64,000 bases of DNA from Octopus vulgaris (lineage: Eukaryota). The DNA lies in assembly GCA_951406725.2 (NCBI GenBank), contig OX597835.1:49786001-49850000 (forward strand), written 5' to 3'. Below the pieces are notes generated by a model. The model did no database searches, had not been told where the DNA came from, and saw nothing but the letters and a program-made list of their open reading frames with translations. Made by a program: the position numbers and the translations under genes. The first letter of the stretch is position 1. Every line of letters starts with the position of its first letter. Shown here in pieces: positions 13,160-28,307 of this stretch.

Positions 13160-13259
13160 GTCACATACATTTATATTTCTATATATATACATATTCACGT
13201 GTGCTTGAATATATGTGCATACTTTCTTTATATTTATGTGCAAGTATACATTTTTGTAC

Positions 13260-13300
<41 letters not shown>

Positions 13301-13313
13301 CACACACACACAC

Positions 13314-13417
<104 letters not shown>

Positions 13418-13697
13418 TGTAAGTATGTATGTATACTTATATACAGGCTATTCTGTACCACAGAATATATCTATTAGTTTTAGCCATCATACTATATATT
13501 AAACAGCTTGCCTCTTAAATAATGTTTGTGGACGGAAACAAAGGAGGAATCTACTGGAACAGTTTCAATTGTGAATAAGAATTTTTGTTCCACCAGAGGG
13601 CGTTGTCTTTAACTGTTCACAGAGTTGCTGCTGAGACACCAGCTGTTCCACAAAGGAGTGGAACACTAACAGTATATACACGTCTCTACCCACACAT

Positions 13698-14006
13698 GGT
13701 GTGTGGCTCGGTGGTTAGGGGCATTCGGTTCCCGATCCGTAGGGTCGTGAGTTCGATACCTAGAGGAACGTTGTGTCCTTGAGCAAGACACTTTATTTCA
13801 CGTTGCTCCACTCCACTCACACCTGGCGAAAATGAGCTGTACCTATAATTCGAAGGGCCTGTATTACACCGAATCTCCCTGATAACTACGTTAAGGGTAC
13901 ACATGTCTGTGGAGTGCTCAGCCGCTTGCACGTTAATTTCAGGAACAGAATATTCCGTTGATCCGATCAAATAGAACCCGCATCGTCGTAACCGACGGAG
14001 GGCCAG
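13698..14006 (+). mobile_element. SINE family C (tRNA head)
   Basis: A box TGGCTCGGTGG, B box GAGTTCGATAC, body TTGTGTCCTTGAGCAAGACACTTTATTTCACGTTGCTCCA shared with 15571. Confidence 0.8.
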
Positions 14007-14440
14007 TTTTTTTTAAACATACACATAAATACAAATACATACATACGCACACACACACACATACATCATTCTTGTACACACAAACAACTAGAATCATACA
14101 CATCTATAACCATGCGAACACATATACACTCTCCCAGAAGCAGGTGCATATATGCATACACTTAAATATAAACACATGTACACGCATACTCCCAGATACA
14201 CGTAAGCACAGAGCTACAACTATTAACAGACACACGTACACACACACAATCAACAAGAAGCGAGCGCACACAAAGGTACACATCCTTGTGTACAACCACA
14301 CATGCATACAACTACACACGTACACATACGTATACGCACATCTATACACACACATACACTCACCTATACAAACACACATACAACTTCCCCGCGCGCATGC
14401 GCACAACCCTATAGAAATACACAAAAACATGCTCAAACAC

Positions 14441-14694
14441 TTTTCTTTACTTGTTACAATGATCAGACTGCGGCCATGCTGGGGCACCACCTTCAAGGAT
14501 TTTTAATTGAATGAATGGACCCCTGTACTTGTTTTCTTTTAAAGCCTGGTACTTATTCTATCGGTTTCTTTTGCCGAACCACTAAGTTATAGGGACGTAA
14601 CCACACCAACACCAGTTGTCAAGCGGCGATGGGAAACAAAGGCAAACACAAAGTTACACGCATACACATATATGCATATGCGTATGCATGTATG

Positions 14695-14777
<83 letters not shown>

Positions 14778-14928
14778 TTGGCAGGTTATTTCAGTTTCCG
14801 TCTTGCAAATCCACTCACAAGGCTTTGGTCGGCCCGAGACTATAGTAGAAGGTGCCAGCCAGTGGGACTGAACCCGGAACCATGTGGTTCGTAAGCAAGC
14901 TACTTACCACACAGCCACTCCTACGCCT
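14441..14928 (-). mobile_element. SINE family B, full length, with internal (TA)n
   Basis: Head AGGCGTAGGAGTGGCTGTGTGGTAAG..GGGTTCAGTCCC (A and B boxes), central microsatellite, 3' tail GGTGGTGCCCCAGCATGGCCGCAGTC. Confidence 0.85.
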
Positions 14929-14946
14929 ATGAACCACACACATCTT

Positions 14947-15020
<74 letters not shown>

Positions 15021-15030
15021 TATTTATGCA

Positions 15031-15260
15031 TGTGTGATATGTTTGTGCGTCTGTGTTTGTCCCCCCTACATCGCTTGATAATCGATGGTGGTACGTTTAT
15101 GTCCCCGTAACTTAGAGGTTAGGCAACTTAGAGGTTAGAGACCGATAAAATAAGTACTAGGCTTGCAAAGAATGAATCTGGGGCCGATTTGCTCGACTAA
15201 AGGCGGTGCTCAAGCATGGCCGCAGTCAAATGACTGAAACAAGTAAAAGAGTAAAAGAAT
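15031..15260 (+). mobile_element. SINE family B, 3' half (inverted relative to the neighbouring copy)
   Basis: Tail GGCGGTGCTCAAGCATGGCCGCAGTCAAATGACTGAAACAAGTAAAAGAGTAAAAGA. Confidence 0.85.
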
Positions 15261-15430
15261 ATATATATATATATATATATTATATATAATTATAACTTAG
15301 GGTATCTACGAGATACCGCTATGCTGAAAATAGCAGCCAGCAACTGACTCTAAGACCACCTTAAGTGTTCATATAGCACAAGGAGAGAAGACACAAAGAC
15401 AAAATAAAACTAGTAAAAAATTACTGGATA

Positions 15431-15489
15431 ATTCCAGATCCCAGATTTCTGACTTTGCATTTAGAAATGCTTTGCCTCATCAGTGGAAT
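15431..15489 (-). ncRNA. Minimal type I hammerhead-like motif
   Basis: Reverse complement ATTCCA-CTGATGA-GGC..GTC(A)-GAAA-TCTGGGA-TC-TGGAAT. Stem I is a perfect 6 bp, stem III is short, with an ATC cleavage triplet. One extra A precedes GAAA. Confidence 0.55.
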
Positions 15490-15570
15490 ATACGCAGAGA
15501 GAAACATAAATACATATATATATAAATACAGCATATGAATACTTACATATACGAACGTATACATATATAT

Positions 15571-15910
15571 GCGCATGGCTCAGTGGTTAGAGCGTCGAGC
15601 TTACGATCGTGAGGTTGTGAGCTCGAATCCCGGACCGGGCTGCGTGTTGTGTTCTCGAGCAAGGCACTTTATTTCACGTTGCTCCAGTTCACTCAGCTGT
15701 AGAAATGAGTTGCGACGTCACTGGTGCCAAGCTGTATCGACCTTTGTCTTTCCCTTGGATAACACTGGTGGCGTGGAGAGGGGAGGCTGGTATGCATGGG
15801 CGACTGCTGGCCTTCCATAAACAACCTTGCCCGGACTTGTATCTAGGAAGGTAACTTTCTAGGTGCAATCCCATGGTCATTCATGACCGAAGGGGGTCTT
15901 TACCCTTTAT
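15571..15910 (+). mobile_element. SINE family C (tRNA head), well preserved
   Basis: GCGCATGGCTCAGTGGTTAGAGCG..GAGCTCGAATCCC head, then GAGCAAGGCACTTTATTTCACGTTGCTCCAG body and TTTACCCTTTA tail. Confidence 0.85.
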
Positions 15911-16033
15911 ATATGCACGTATGCATCATGACCAGATTAAAATGTTCGCTTCTTAATTCCATCCCTAACCGCCTAGCCGCTAATATCCGCCAAGATATAA
16001 GCGAGACGTCACCAGAATATTTGGACAGAAAAT

Positions 16034-16235
16034 GGCGGCGAGATGGTGGAATCGTTAGCACGCCGAGGAAAGTGCTTAGCGGCATTTTGTCCGTCTTTAC
16101 GTTCTGCGTTTAAACGCCGCCAGGGTCAACTCTGCCTTCATCCTATCGGCGTCGATAAAATAAATACCAGTTAAACACTGGAGTCAATGTAATCAACTTA
16201 ATCGCCCCCACCCACAGGCCAAAATTTGAAACCAG
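16034..16235 (+). mobile_element. SINE family A
   Basis: GGCGGCGAG..GAATCGTTAGCACGCCG..GCCTTCATCCTATCGGCGTCGATAAA..AAAATTTGAAACC. Confidence 0.85.
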
Positions 16236-16856
16236 TGTTTTGACAGAAACAAATTCTTAAATGCAAAATGATTCACCAAAAAGAATATTCCTTGTATGTC
16301 CTTATTAATTACTGGGTTTATATTTTCCATACTTATTGTTGTCTCTCCTTCTTCCGTTCTTCGCTGTTCATTATTGTCTGATGTCCTTCCATACTCATTG
16401 AACGTCTGTCCTTCCTTACTCATTGTTGTCTGTCAGTCCTTCCTTAGCGGTGATCCTGTTGATCAAGGTGATGATAGTGGTGATGATGGTGAAGACAATA
16501 CCGATGGTGGTGTGGGTGGTGGCAGCGGTAGTGGTATCATTGATACTCATGGTAGCCACGTTGATGATGATGATGATGATGTCAGTGATGGTGTTGGTGG
16601 TAATCGTGGTAATCGTCCTCAGTTGGAACTGATCAGTTTTGTCAAGTGCAGTTTTTTGTTGTTCAGCAAAATTTAGATTCAGATGAATAGGGTACTTAAG
16701 TTAGATGCACCAGAATTTTGTATGGTGTTATCCATATCAATCAAATGGGGGGGGGGGTTATTATCAAAATAAGCAACAAGTATATCCGAGGTAATGTGGA
16801 TATACTTGTTGCTTATTTTGATTATATCTGTGTGTGTGTGCGTGTGTGTGTATGTA

Positions 16857-16908
<52 letters not shown>

Positions 16909-16911
<3 letters not shown>

Positions 16912-18483
16912 TGGGGGGAAATAAATATTCGTACATGTCAACATTCTTTATTTAATTTCTAATGAACATAAATGGGATATACCAATACTATATTTGCATA
17001 CACATGCATAAACTAAGAATATGCAAAAGAAACTAATAAATTATAGTAACTAAGGAATTTATATACAATTATAAATATTTAGGGTGAAAAAAGTATTCGT
17101 ACAGAACATAAATAACTGATAACTCTGATTTAATACTTCGTAGCATAACCATTATTCAGTTCCACTTCAACCAATCTCTTCTTGTAGATCTTAATCAATG
17201 ACTCGCATGTTTCTTTAGGAATTTTTTCCCATTCTTCTTGACAAATTTTCTTCAAATCTGTAATGCAATTTGGGGCTCTTGAATGAATTTTAATTTTCAA
17301 ATAACGCCACAAATTTTCAATGGGGTTCAAGTCAGGTGACTGGCTTGGCCATTCTAATAATTTTATATTGTGATCGACAATCCATTTTTGGTAGATTTCG
17401 CCGCGTGCTTAGGGTTGTTATCCTGTTGTAAACCCACCCTTCACAAAGCTGGAGCTTTTCTACAGCATTCCATAAATTATTGTTCAAAATATTTTGGTAT
17501 ATTTCTGCATTCTGAGAAAGACCCCCACACCATGATGTTGCCACCTCCAAACTTTACGGTAGGAATTGTGTTTTTCGGCGAATAGGCGGTACCATCTTTC
17601 CTCCAAACCTGTCTACGTGAATTTCTTCCAAACAATTCAATTTTCGACTCGTCTGTCTATAGAACATTTTCCCAGAATGTATCAGATTTATCTTTATGTT
17701 CACAAACAAATTTTAAACGGGCATCTCTATGCCTTTTAGTCAACAGCGGAGTCTTTCTAGGAGAGTGTGACTTCAGTTCATTCCTATGAAGTTCATTGCT
17801 GATTGTTCGTAGTGTAACACTAGTCCCTGAAGCTAACGAATTTTCTAGCAACTCCTTTCTGGTGATCATTGCGTTTTTTGTTTTGTTTTTTCGATTCTTC
17901 GATTCATTTTTCATAAAGATCTAGGGGAAATCTTGCGTAGTGGACCGGATCTTATTCTGTTTTCAACAGTTCCCGATTTTTTATATCTTTGAATAAATGA
18001 AGATATGGTAGAAAATGGAATACAAAGGGTCTCTGATATTTTCCTGTAACTTTTACCTGCTTTCCACAGTTCAATAATTAAGTTTTTCACTTAATTTGTG
18101 AGTTCTTTACTTTTCGCCATTATTACGAAACTACTTTACGTTGTCTCAGTGCTGAATGAAGAAGCTAGCGTTTTGACACTTAAAAATGACAACTGATAAG
18201 ATTATTGGAACAAATGAAAAAGTTCTAGTAAACAAAAATATTATTTTAACAGTATTTTGTGGCATAGAAAATCATAAATTTGTTCTGTACGAATACTTTT
18301 TTTATCCCTAAATATTTATAATTGTATATAAATTCCATTAGTTACTATAATTTATTAGTTTCTTTTGCATATTCTTAGTTTATGCATGTGTATGCAAATA
18401 TAGTATTGGTATATCCCATTTATGTTCATTAGAAATTAAATAAAGAATGTTGACATGTACGAATATTTATTTCTCCCCTCATA
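16909..18483 (-). mobile_element. Tc1-like DD34E transposon with long IR/DR termini, decayed transposase (18120 to 17130)
   Basis: About 200-bp TIRs (16909-17108 and 18281-18483) starting CAGTG, each with two TATTCGTACA direct repeats, inserted in (TA)n. Transposase motifs MAKSKEL..GKSYRKIS, TDESKIELFG, QDNNPKH, SPDLNPIENLW, GYATKY*. Contains stops and frameshifts. Confidence 0.95.
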
Positions 18484-18500
18484 TGTATGTATGTATATAT

Positions 18501-18551
<51 letters not shown>

Positions 18552-18941
18552 CGTATATATATACATATATAGACACACATATATATAGATACATATGTAC
18601 ACATACATACATACATACATGTATGTGTTTATAAGTGTGTGTGTGTGTTGAAGTCATCGCCGTCCTCATTGCTGTTATAGTTGCTATTGGGTGTTATTGT
18701 TGTTGCTGTTGTTGTTGTTGTATTTATATTTGTCATTTGCTGACGATGTATATATCATATGATGACGGTGTTGTAATGTGTGACGACCGCCATTGTTGCC
18801 GCGGGAATTAGTAATGTCCGGGAAAAAGTAAAGACAAATGAAAAGGGGAAAAAACATTGAATTTAGAAAACAAAACGAAAATAAACAGTAAAACAAACAC
18901 GCTCTATGTATTCAGATACCAGTATGCATATGTATAGACGT

Positions 18942-19004
<63 letters not shown>

Positions 19005-19151
19005 TGTATGTATGTGTGTGTGTGTGTGTATATGTGTATACATGTATATATGTGCGTGTATATATGTATATATACATATATATATACATATATATGCATA
19101 TATATACATATATATATGCATATATATGTATATATATGCATGTATATATAC

Positions 19152-19193
<42 letters not shown>

Positions 19194-19283
19194 CTATATA
19201 TATATATATGCCCTTATAAACATATATAATCACATGTACGCACATGTACACTAATATACGTACACATATATACATATATATAT

Positions 19284-19412
<129 letters not shown>

Positions 19413-19914
19413 GGCCATGCTGTGCCACCGCCTTGAAGAAACTTTAGTCGAATGAATCGATGATGATAATAATAATAATGATGATGACGACGACGACGAC
19501 GACGCCGATTTATTGATATTTGCCGCGGTGGCAAATATAAATAAATCGTTGGTGAAGGGTTGACCAAAGAGAAAGGGGTCTGTCCAAAATCTTTTCAGCC
19601 TTGTCTTCCACACAACCTCTTTTTGCGACAAAATGTCGAGAATTGCCGGACGACACAGTGGCGGGGGAATGGCATAAACATGCAGGAGGTGTAAACAAAT
19701 CAAAAACGTTCAAAGGAAAATTCCCCCAAAAGATGGAGGGAAACTTCGCATAGCGAGTCTTGGGAAAAGAGAGAGAAAGAATACTAAGAGAAGGCTTTAT
19801 ACGTTGTCCAAAAGCTTCAGAGAAACTGAGGTATATGCAGGCAACCGACCTATACACATACACTCATATATGCGTATGTAAACGTATATACATAAACTCG
19901 TATGCATTCGTTCT

Positions 19915-19978
<64 letters not shown>

Positions 19979-20543
19979 CGTGCGTGTTTGTGTCTATAAC
20001 TGCGGATATCTTTGCATATACGACGTCATTGACATCTTCTTCAACCATTTTCTTCAGCAGTTGCAAGCAAGGACTGGAAAATTCTACCTGTTCCTCATTA
20101 ACTTGTTGATATCTTTCCAGTCATATAATCTAAGGTCGAAGAAGAATAATTTTTTGACTTTTTGACTTTTTGACTTCTTATCTTTTTACATTTCAGTTTT
20201 TCAGTTTCGTTTTCCGTTTTCCGTTTTTCGTTTTTCGTTTTCTGTTTTCTTAATTTTTTTTTCTGCGTTTTCTATTCGCTGCCTTCTCAGTTTCTTCTCG
20301 TTTCTTCTCTTATTCAATTTCTTTAGTTCGTTATAATATGTGGTTTGTGCCTGATGAATATGTTTGAGATATTTCTCAACTGTTAGTAGCACTTAAAAAC
20401 ATGTATTGTGTCCTGTAAATAAATAAAATATATATATGTGTATGTGTGTGGGTGTGTGTGTGTGTGTGTGTGCATGTATGTATGTATATATATATATATA
20501 TTTTGCGAATGTGCATTGCTTCTTTTTGATTTTGTCGACTACA

Positions 20544-21694
20544 CAGTATAATAGGGCCAGTTGGGCACTGTCTGTGAGAAAAACAGCACCATGACGCAAT
20601 TCACTCTGCCAGAAATTTGGAAATGACATGCCGTACTGCTTGGCATTCGCGCCGGATGCTCCAATGCGAACATTTCAGAGTGTTTGGAGACAGTGCAGAG
20701 GATTCAGAAAGAGTTGGGTGGGTCTGATGGGGATTGCGAAGGGACGGCAGCCCGGAAAACTCACTCTGATTGTTTGGATAAGAAAAGAACTCCTGCATTT
20801 GTAATCCAGGCCATGATTAACAACGATCCCTTCAAATCAATCAGGTCCATCGCCAGGGACATGTGAGTGCCTGACTTTCTTATCAGGCAGGTAATGCATG
20901 AAGACATTCGGTATTCCTCATACAAGATGAGAAAGGGCCAATTTTTATCCCAAGCTATCAAGGATAAGAGGAAAAACCGCTCTATGAAACTTTTGAACCA
21001 ACTCAAGCATCCCCTCCAACTGAACTTACTTTGGTTTTTCTCAGATGAGAAAAATTTCTGCCAGGATCACACAGAAAAACTGTTTGGCTTGCCGTATCCA
21101 CAAAACATGTACCGAGAATGATAAAAATCAAACATCCAGTCAACATCAGGGTGTTTGGAGTGATCACTAGTGATGGCAACATTATTTCTCCATTCATCTA
21201 CCCACACGGCTTTAGACTCAACACGGAGGCCCACATCAAGTGCCTGGAGGAGGTAGTGCTGCTCTGAGTTAAGAGGGTGGGTGCTGGAAGACCCTATTTC
21301 TGGCAACAGAACTCTACACCATGCCATACAATCAGGAGAACCCAGTCATGGCTAACAGACAATTTCTGCAACCACATCACCCCTAACATTATTATATTTA
21401 GGGCGCAGTTAAGCGAGATACCAATAAAACTCCTTGTAACACCAAAGATGAACTGAAAGCAAGGATTATGGTAGCATTCATCAACTTAAACAAGGAGACC
21501 GTCCAGAAAAGATGCATGAAATTCCAAAACCGTCTGGAGGCAATGGTTGAAACCAATTGCGATTTTATTGAATAAATTTACTCTTTAGTATTTTAAGGTA
21601 TTTTTATGTAATTTTGGTAAATATATGTTAATATGAGATGTCTGTGTTATTTTCATTTTTGTTTAATTTAGATGACAATTTATTCACCGTACCC

Positions 21695-21696
<2 letters not shown>
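20544..21696 (+). mobile_element. Decayed maT/DD37D-type Tc1-mariner element
   Basis: Start ATG at 20591 and stop at about 21575. Motifs WFFSDEKNFCQD, VFGVITSDG, WQQNSTPCH, ARIMVAF..ETVQK. The WPPNSPD..D segment is deleted. Right TIR ends TTCACCGTACCCTG; the left TIR was not found. Confidence 0.85.
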
Positions 21697-21734
<38 letters not shown>

Positions 21735-22044
21735 ATGATCACGTGACCAACCAGACTATCGAATGTTATACAAATTTTGGTCAAAATGCTCTTCGCATCG
21801 TGTTAGCTTTCGAAAGATTGTCCGTATGAATGGATTCAGAACTGGCCAACTTGTACAAGACATAGGGTCGTACAGTGTATTAAGAACAAGCAGTGAAATT
21901 GTGAATTTATTTAATAAATATTACTTGATTTGGCCGTCTAAGAATCCATAAGTCAGAAAAAATATGCACTTTTACATTAGACTGATATAATAATTGACGT
22001 GTACAGTATTCTATATCCAGTCACCATATATTCTTGATTGACTG

Positions 22045-22129
22045 TCTTCTCTGAAGAGCGCTGGGTTACATAATTGGTCTGTTACCCAACATCCCGCTAA
22101 ACTCTTAATGCGAAACCTACTGGTAAGAT
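22045..22129 (+). ncRNA. Type I hammerhead-like motif with extended stem II
   Basis: TCT-CTGAAGA-GC..GC-GAAA-CC-TACT-GG-TA-AGA. Canonical core, 3-bp stem III, GTA triplet, short stem I. Confidence 0.5.
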
Positions 22130-22498
22130 CGGCCATAATGACCGCAATGGATATATTTTATTGTACACTTCAATTATTTATATATATATACACTCGCACA
22201 CACTAACATACACACACACACAAACACACACATGCATACACGTATAAGCGCATGAATACTGTGTGCATGTGCGCGTGTGCATGTGCGCATGTGCATGCAT
22301 GAGCGATTGCGTAGGAAAGAGTGCAAAGATAGAATGCCAACTTAGAGTACATTTAATAAGGAATAGCTCTTTCCAAGAACGGCGAAGCAATATTATGTTC
22401 AGCTAGAAAATTCCAGAAAATTCCATTTAACAATGAATAAATAAATATATAAATAAATGAATTAGATAAACCCTGCAAAGAAGAAGGAATTAGAAATA

Positions 22499-22575
<77 letters not shown>

Positions 22576-22730
22576 GTGTGTGTGTGTGTGTGCTTTAAAA
22601 AAGTTATAAATATATATGAATTACAAAAAGAAAATTTACCGCCAAAGAGCAAATCACAAACTGGAATTGAAAAGTAAATTGAAAGTTTGTAAAAGTAAAT
22701 GTGTGTATACAAACATACACACACATGTAC

Positions 22731-22772
<42 letters not shown>

Positions 22773-23089
22773 ACACACACACACATATATATATATGTGC
22801 ATATATATATATATGAATACATATACGTATATGTGTAAAATATTAACGTATAAGTATATATAAATATATGCTTATATATATATCTGTATTTAAATATATA
22901 TATATATACATCGTGTATATATATAAGTATATGTATATATATATATATATACACATGTGTATATATATATATATATGTATGTGTGTATATATATATGTGT
23001 GTGTGAGTGTATACTCACATGTATACAAACTTATATAATATATATGGGGAGAGAAAGGATTTTGAGTGGGTTTGTTTCTATATTTGTTT

Positions 23090-23160
<71 letters not shown>

Positions 23161-24887
23161 TGTGTACGCGCATGTAAGCATAAAGAAATTAGATGCGAAT
23201 GAAAAGAAAGAGTGAATGAAAGAATAAGAGAAAGAAAAACGATTTTTAAAAAAATGATAACCTGAATATAAGGAGGAAGGAAGGAAAGAAGAAAGGAAGG
23301 AGGGAAAGAAGAAAGGAAGGAGGAAAGAAGAAAGGAAGGGGGAAAGAAGAAAGGAAGGAGGGAGTGGAAAGAAAGCGAATCGAAGGAAATGGCGGAAAAC
23401 TGGTGAAACGATGCTAGGATAGAATCTTTAAAAAAATGTTAGCATCCATCTATGTATATGTGTATGTGTGTGTGTATGTGTGTGTGTGTGTGTGAGTGTG
23501 TGCGTGTGTCAAAATATATACACATATGTATATGTACATATATATATATATGTATATGTATATATTTGCACACACATATATATGTACGTGTATATATGTG
23601 TGTGTATGGGGTGTGAGGGTGTAAATGTGCATATTATTTCTTTATTTTTTTTCATTTCAAATATAGCTTCAGTTTTAAAATGAATATTTCTATACAAATG
23701 CGTTTTTATAAAATTTGAAAACAATGGAAGAGTATAAATAGATGATGTGTTGTGCATGTATATGTGTGTGTTTGTGTGTGCGTATATCTGGATGTAGATA
23801 TCATTTATTTATTTATATATACATACATATATACATACATACATATGTGTGTGTGTGTGTGTGTGTGTATCGGTAGATATTTAGCAAATCATAAAATGAA
23901 TTATACAAATAATATTGCTCTACACACATACATACACACATACATACATACATACATACATACATACATACATACATACACACATACATACATACATACA
24001 TACATACATACATACATACATACATACATACATACATACGTACGTACGTACGTACGTACATACATACACACATACATACATACATACATACATACATACA
24101 TACATACATACATACATACATACATACATACATACATACATACATACATACATACATACATACATACATACATACATACATACATACATACATACATAGG
24201 TTATGTACATTCATAAATGTATTTAACTATCAAAACTTTTGCTTCCGGCAAAAAACGACATTCTTGACTTTGTATGGAATATTCTCTACCTTTTTCCATT
24301 ACATGTTTATACAATCCGGTATATATAAGTATACATACATTGATAGACAGAGAGAAAGAGAGAGAGGACAGAGAGAGAGCAGGAGGTAGCGGGATGAATA
24401 AACATACACATATGCATATAAGCATCTAATACATACATATATACACATATATATATATATATATATATACATATATATGTATGTATATATGTGTGTATAT
24501 ATATATATATAGACACATATATGTCTATATATAGACATATATATATATATGTGTGTATATATATACATGTATTTATATACATATTTATATAGAACATACA
24601 CACACACATATATATACATATACACATATTTAGCATCATATGTATGCATGTATGTATGCATGTATGTATGTATGTATGTATGTATGTATGTATGTATGTA
24701 TATGTGCGTGTGTGTGTGTGCGTGTGTGCGTGCGTGTGTGTGTGTGCGTGTAGAAATGGAAAAAAAACACACAATATATCTTCTCGTTTTATTTCAAAAT
24801 CTTGTTACTGCATCAACTTAATATGAATAAAATATGAAATATAGTTTTAAACATATATTCCATACACTTTATATATGTGCAGGTATA

Positions 24888-24935
<48 letters not shown>

Positions 24936-25330
24936 CATGTAGAGAGAGAGAGAGAGAGAGGGATGTACACAAACATGTACGTATATGCTCATCTATATAA
25001 ATATATACACTTATACATAACTCTACGCTTGTAGACACAGAACGCTTAATGCGTGTAAGATTTGTTAATGTATAGATGTCGACAAATTGATATTCTTATA
25101 CAGAAGTGTGCGCATGCATTCCTGTTCATGTGTTAGTAGTGTATGTGTGTGTGTGTGTGTATGTATGCGTGTGCGTGAGTGTACGGAGGGATTTTCAAAT
25201 CCCAGGTAAGCTGTTTTTTGATCGGTTTTATCAACATGTTACGTGTTTTATCTGTATTGTATAACATAAATAAACGCTCAACATAATCATACATTTATCA
25301 TATACACATTCATATACATACATGCATACG

Positions 25331-25388
<58 letters not shown>

Positions 25389-25670
25389 AATAAAAATACA
25401 TAGATATAGAGAGAGATATGTATACATATATGTGTGTGTGTGTAGATATGTATGTATGTGTATACACGTATATATTTATGTATATACATACATACCCTAC
25501 CTGTGTATAGAAAAATGCAGCCCTTATGTTGTGAGAGCATTTATTTTATACAAGGCTGACATATCGCTCGATGTGTTAAAAATTACCGGACTAACACGGA
25601 ACTATACTTAAATACGGAACGCTATATAATTATAATGAAATAACTCGAAACACACACTCACACAACACAA

Positions 25671-25707
<37 letters not shown>

Positions 25708-26787
25708 ACACAATCACACATACACATACACACACACACATCCAACTAGTGCATACTCTCTCGTGTCATGATCTCACACTGAAGAGTTTAATCTCAGTTG
25801 CACAAATGGGGGAGACCTTATGTCAGGGTGTGCATATAAGAAAGAGGTGACTTTACTGGGCACAAACGTTTAACACAATACGTTTCGGCTAATCTCGTGG
25901 CTTCCAGAAGTTAAACAATTACTAGCAAAAATGTCGGCATGGGCCGAAATATTGCGATCGAGATAGTTTTAAGGGTTTCCTTTGGCATATGTTCGCCTTC
26001 TCTGTCTTGTAATATTAAACATGAACTGGTTTGTTCTTTACTCTTCCATTTGGTGGTGTAACTTGTTTCGATAAGGCCATTGCCGATCTCTTTCCCCGGT
26101 TTCTGAAAGAGGCAGAATAATTATGTGGGGGGAAATGAGAGAATGTGTTTTGTGTCATATGAACTAATAACCTAATAACTCAACTATGACTTCTCTTATT
26201 TGATAAACCTGAAATCATTCTAAGTTACCTACCCGTGTGGGGACGAATTTTGGCACCATGTGCGTGTGCGTGACCGTGTGTGTATAACATTACAGAGAGC
26301 ACTTACTTTCGTTTATGCTTCGCCCCATTTTACGCCAATATCTTCCCTACAACTACCAACAGCACTATGATCCCCACTTCCACCCCCATATTATCATCAC
26401 TGCCATCATCACTACCATCGCCATTACCCTACTATACAATCTCTACTACAAGCTTACCATCGACACCACCAGCTGTCACGTTCTGCATGTTCCATTGGAT
26501 CAACGGTGACGGGGGCCGAAATAATCTGTGTCTACTCGTAACTACGCCCGTACCTAGAAAAACGATTAGCGGGTTACCTCTCCACACCCGCTTACAAGTG
26601 ACGGCTGGCTTTCCCACACAGTACTGCACAAGATGGCAAGCTACATTTATATAGAGAAAATTCAGGAGTTATTTAATCTTTACAATTCCAGAAGTACGAA
26701 TTGAATATTAAACTAGTGTTGCTCGTCATACGGCGCATAATTTTAGAAATATATTTTTATCACCGTTGATAATAGAAGAAAGCGTTG

Positions 26788-26999
26788 AGGCTGCGAGCGG
26801 GAAGAATCGCCAGCAAAGCGAGGAGAATGCTTTGCGGCATTTCGTCCGTCTTTACGGCCTGAGTTCAAATTCCGCCGAGGTTGACTTTGCATGTCGTCCT
26901 TTCGGGATCGACAAAACAAATACGAGTTGAATACCGGGGTCGATGTAATCGACTTTCCCCCCACCCCGCCCCGAACTTATTCCAAAACACGAAACCAAT
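26788..26999 (+). mobile_element. SINE family A
   Basis: GCGGCATTTCGTCCGTCTTTACG..GAGTTCAAATTCCGCCGAGGTTGACTTTGC..CCTTTCGGGATCGAC. Confidence 0.85.
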
Positions 27000-28275
27000 G
27001 TCAAGAAATATAAAATCCAGGCAATAATTAAGATTTCTTGCTGTTTATACAGAATGGTGAAACGAATTATAATTTTCAAAAGAAAAATCTTTATTCTCTT
27101 TTTACTCTTTGCTTGCCACCAAACCTAGTATGTGCACTCATCTTGTACCTCTCTTTTACACGCATAGACACACAAACTCTCTCTCTCTCTCTTTCTCTCT
27201 ATCTCCCCCCTCTCTCTATCTCCCCTCCTCTCTCTCTCTTCCCCATCTCTATACAATGCAAAGCGTGACTGGGGAAAATATCAATCAACCAGCATTTATA
27301 TCTTCTTTTGAAAAATAGAGATTATTGTTTTGGTCGATCTTAAGATTTCAACCATTTTTGTTCATATGAGATTGTCTTTTTTGTTATTGTTGCTGTTGTT
27401 TCTTTGTTTTGTTTGTTTGTTTTTCGTTTCTTTTTTTTATTTCTAACATCAAGCGATCGTTTAAAATCAAATGCGGACGAAATTTCGTTTACAGAAGTGT
27501 GAAGGATACGTTAACCCTGATTGTAAAATCTCCCTCATTGGTTCTTGCATTTCGTATCGTCTGTCTGTGTGTGTGTGAGAGAGAGTTTTATCCCACCATG
27601 GCCCTACCTGTGCAACACTTTTGTTGTCCAATTCGTGCAGTGTTGTCACCCTTAAAATTGTTATTTTATTTTCTTTTAGTTGATTTTACTTCATTTTCTC
27701 TTCTCCGCTTCATACTTCACACTTTCTGTTTATATTATCCGTATTGATCTTTGGTTTGTTCTGTCGGCGGCCATTTTAACTCCTTCGATCGCCGTTCTAG
27801 CCGTAACCATCCCGTTAATTAATTATTTATTTGAGTTTGTTTTTTAAAATTTTTGCATGACATATTGTTTGTTTATTCTTTTTTGTTTTGATTTTTTTTA
27901 ATACTGTCGAATGTTTAACTCCATTTTCCACTTTTTAAGGGGGCAGAGAATGGTTCGACGGCCATTTCACTATGACAGCGCAAAGAACCCCACACACGTT
28001 GGCTTTGCTTTATTAATGGTGGACTTTGTTGGTAACGGTGGTGGTGGTGGTGGCGATGGTGGTGGTTGTGGTGGTTGTGGTGGTGGTGGTGGTGATGGAA
28101 GTGGTGGCAGTTGCCGTTTATCGGTGATGTTAGGTGCGATACTAATAGAGGCTAAGTGATGGTGTTGGTGGTAGTAGTGTTGCTCGTGGAGGTGGTAGTA
28201 ATGGTGGTGATGCTACTGCTGATACTGGTGGTGATGGTGTTGTTGTTGTTGTTGTTGTTGGTGGTGGTGGTAGTG

Positions 28276-28307
<32 letters not shown>

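Noticed and set aside
15571-15645. Possible tRNA gene
   Set aside because: It has A and B boxes but no acceptor stem, and it continues into a SINE body shared with other copies.
26280-26654. 124-aa Thr/Pro/Ser-rich ORF
   Set aside because: Degenerate CAT/CAC low-complexity sequence with no domain or splice support.
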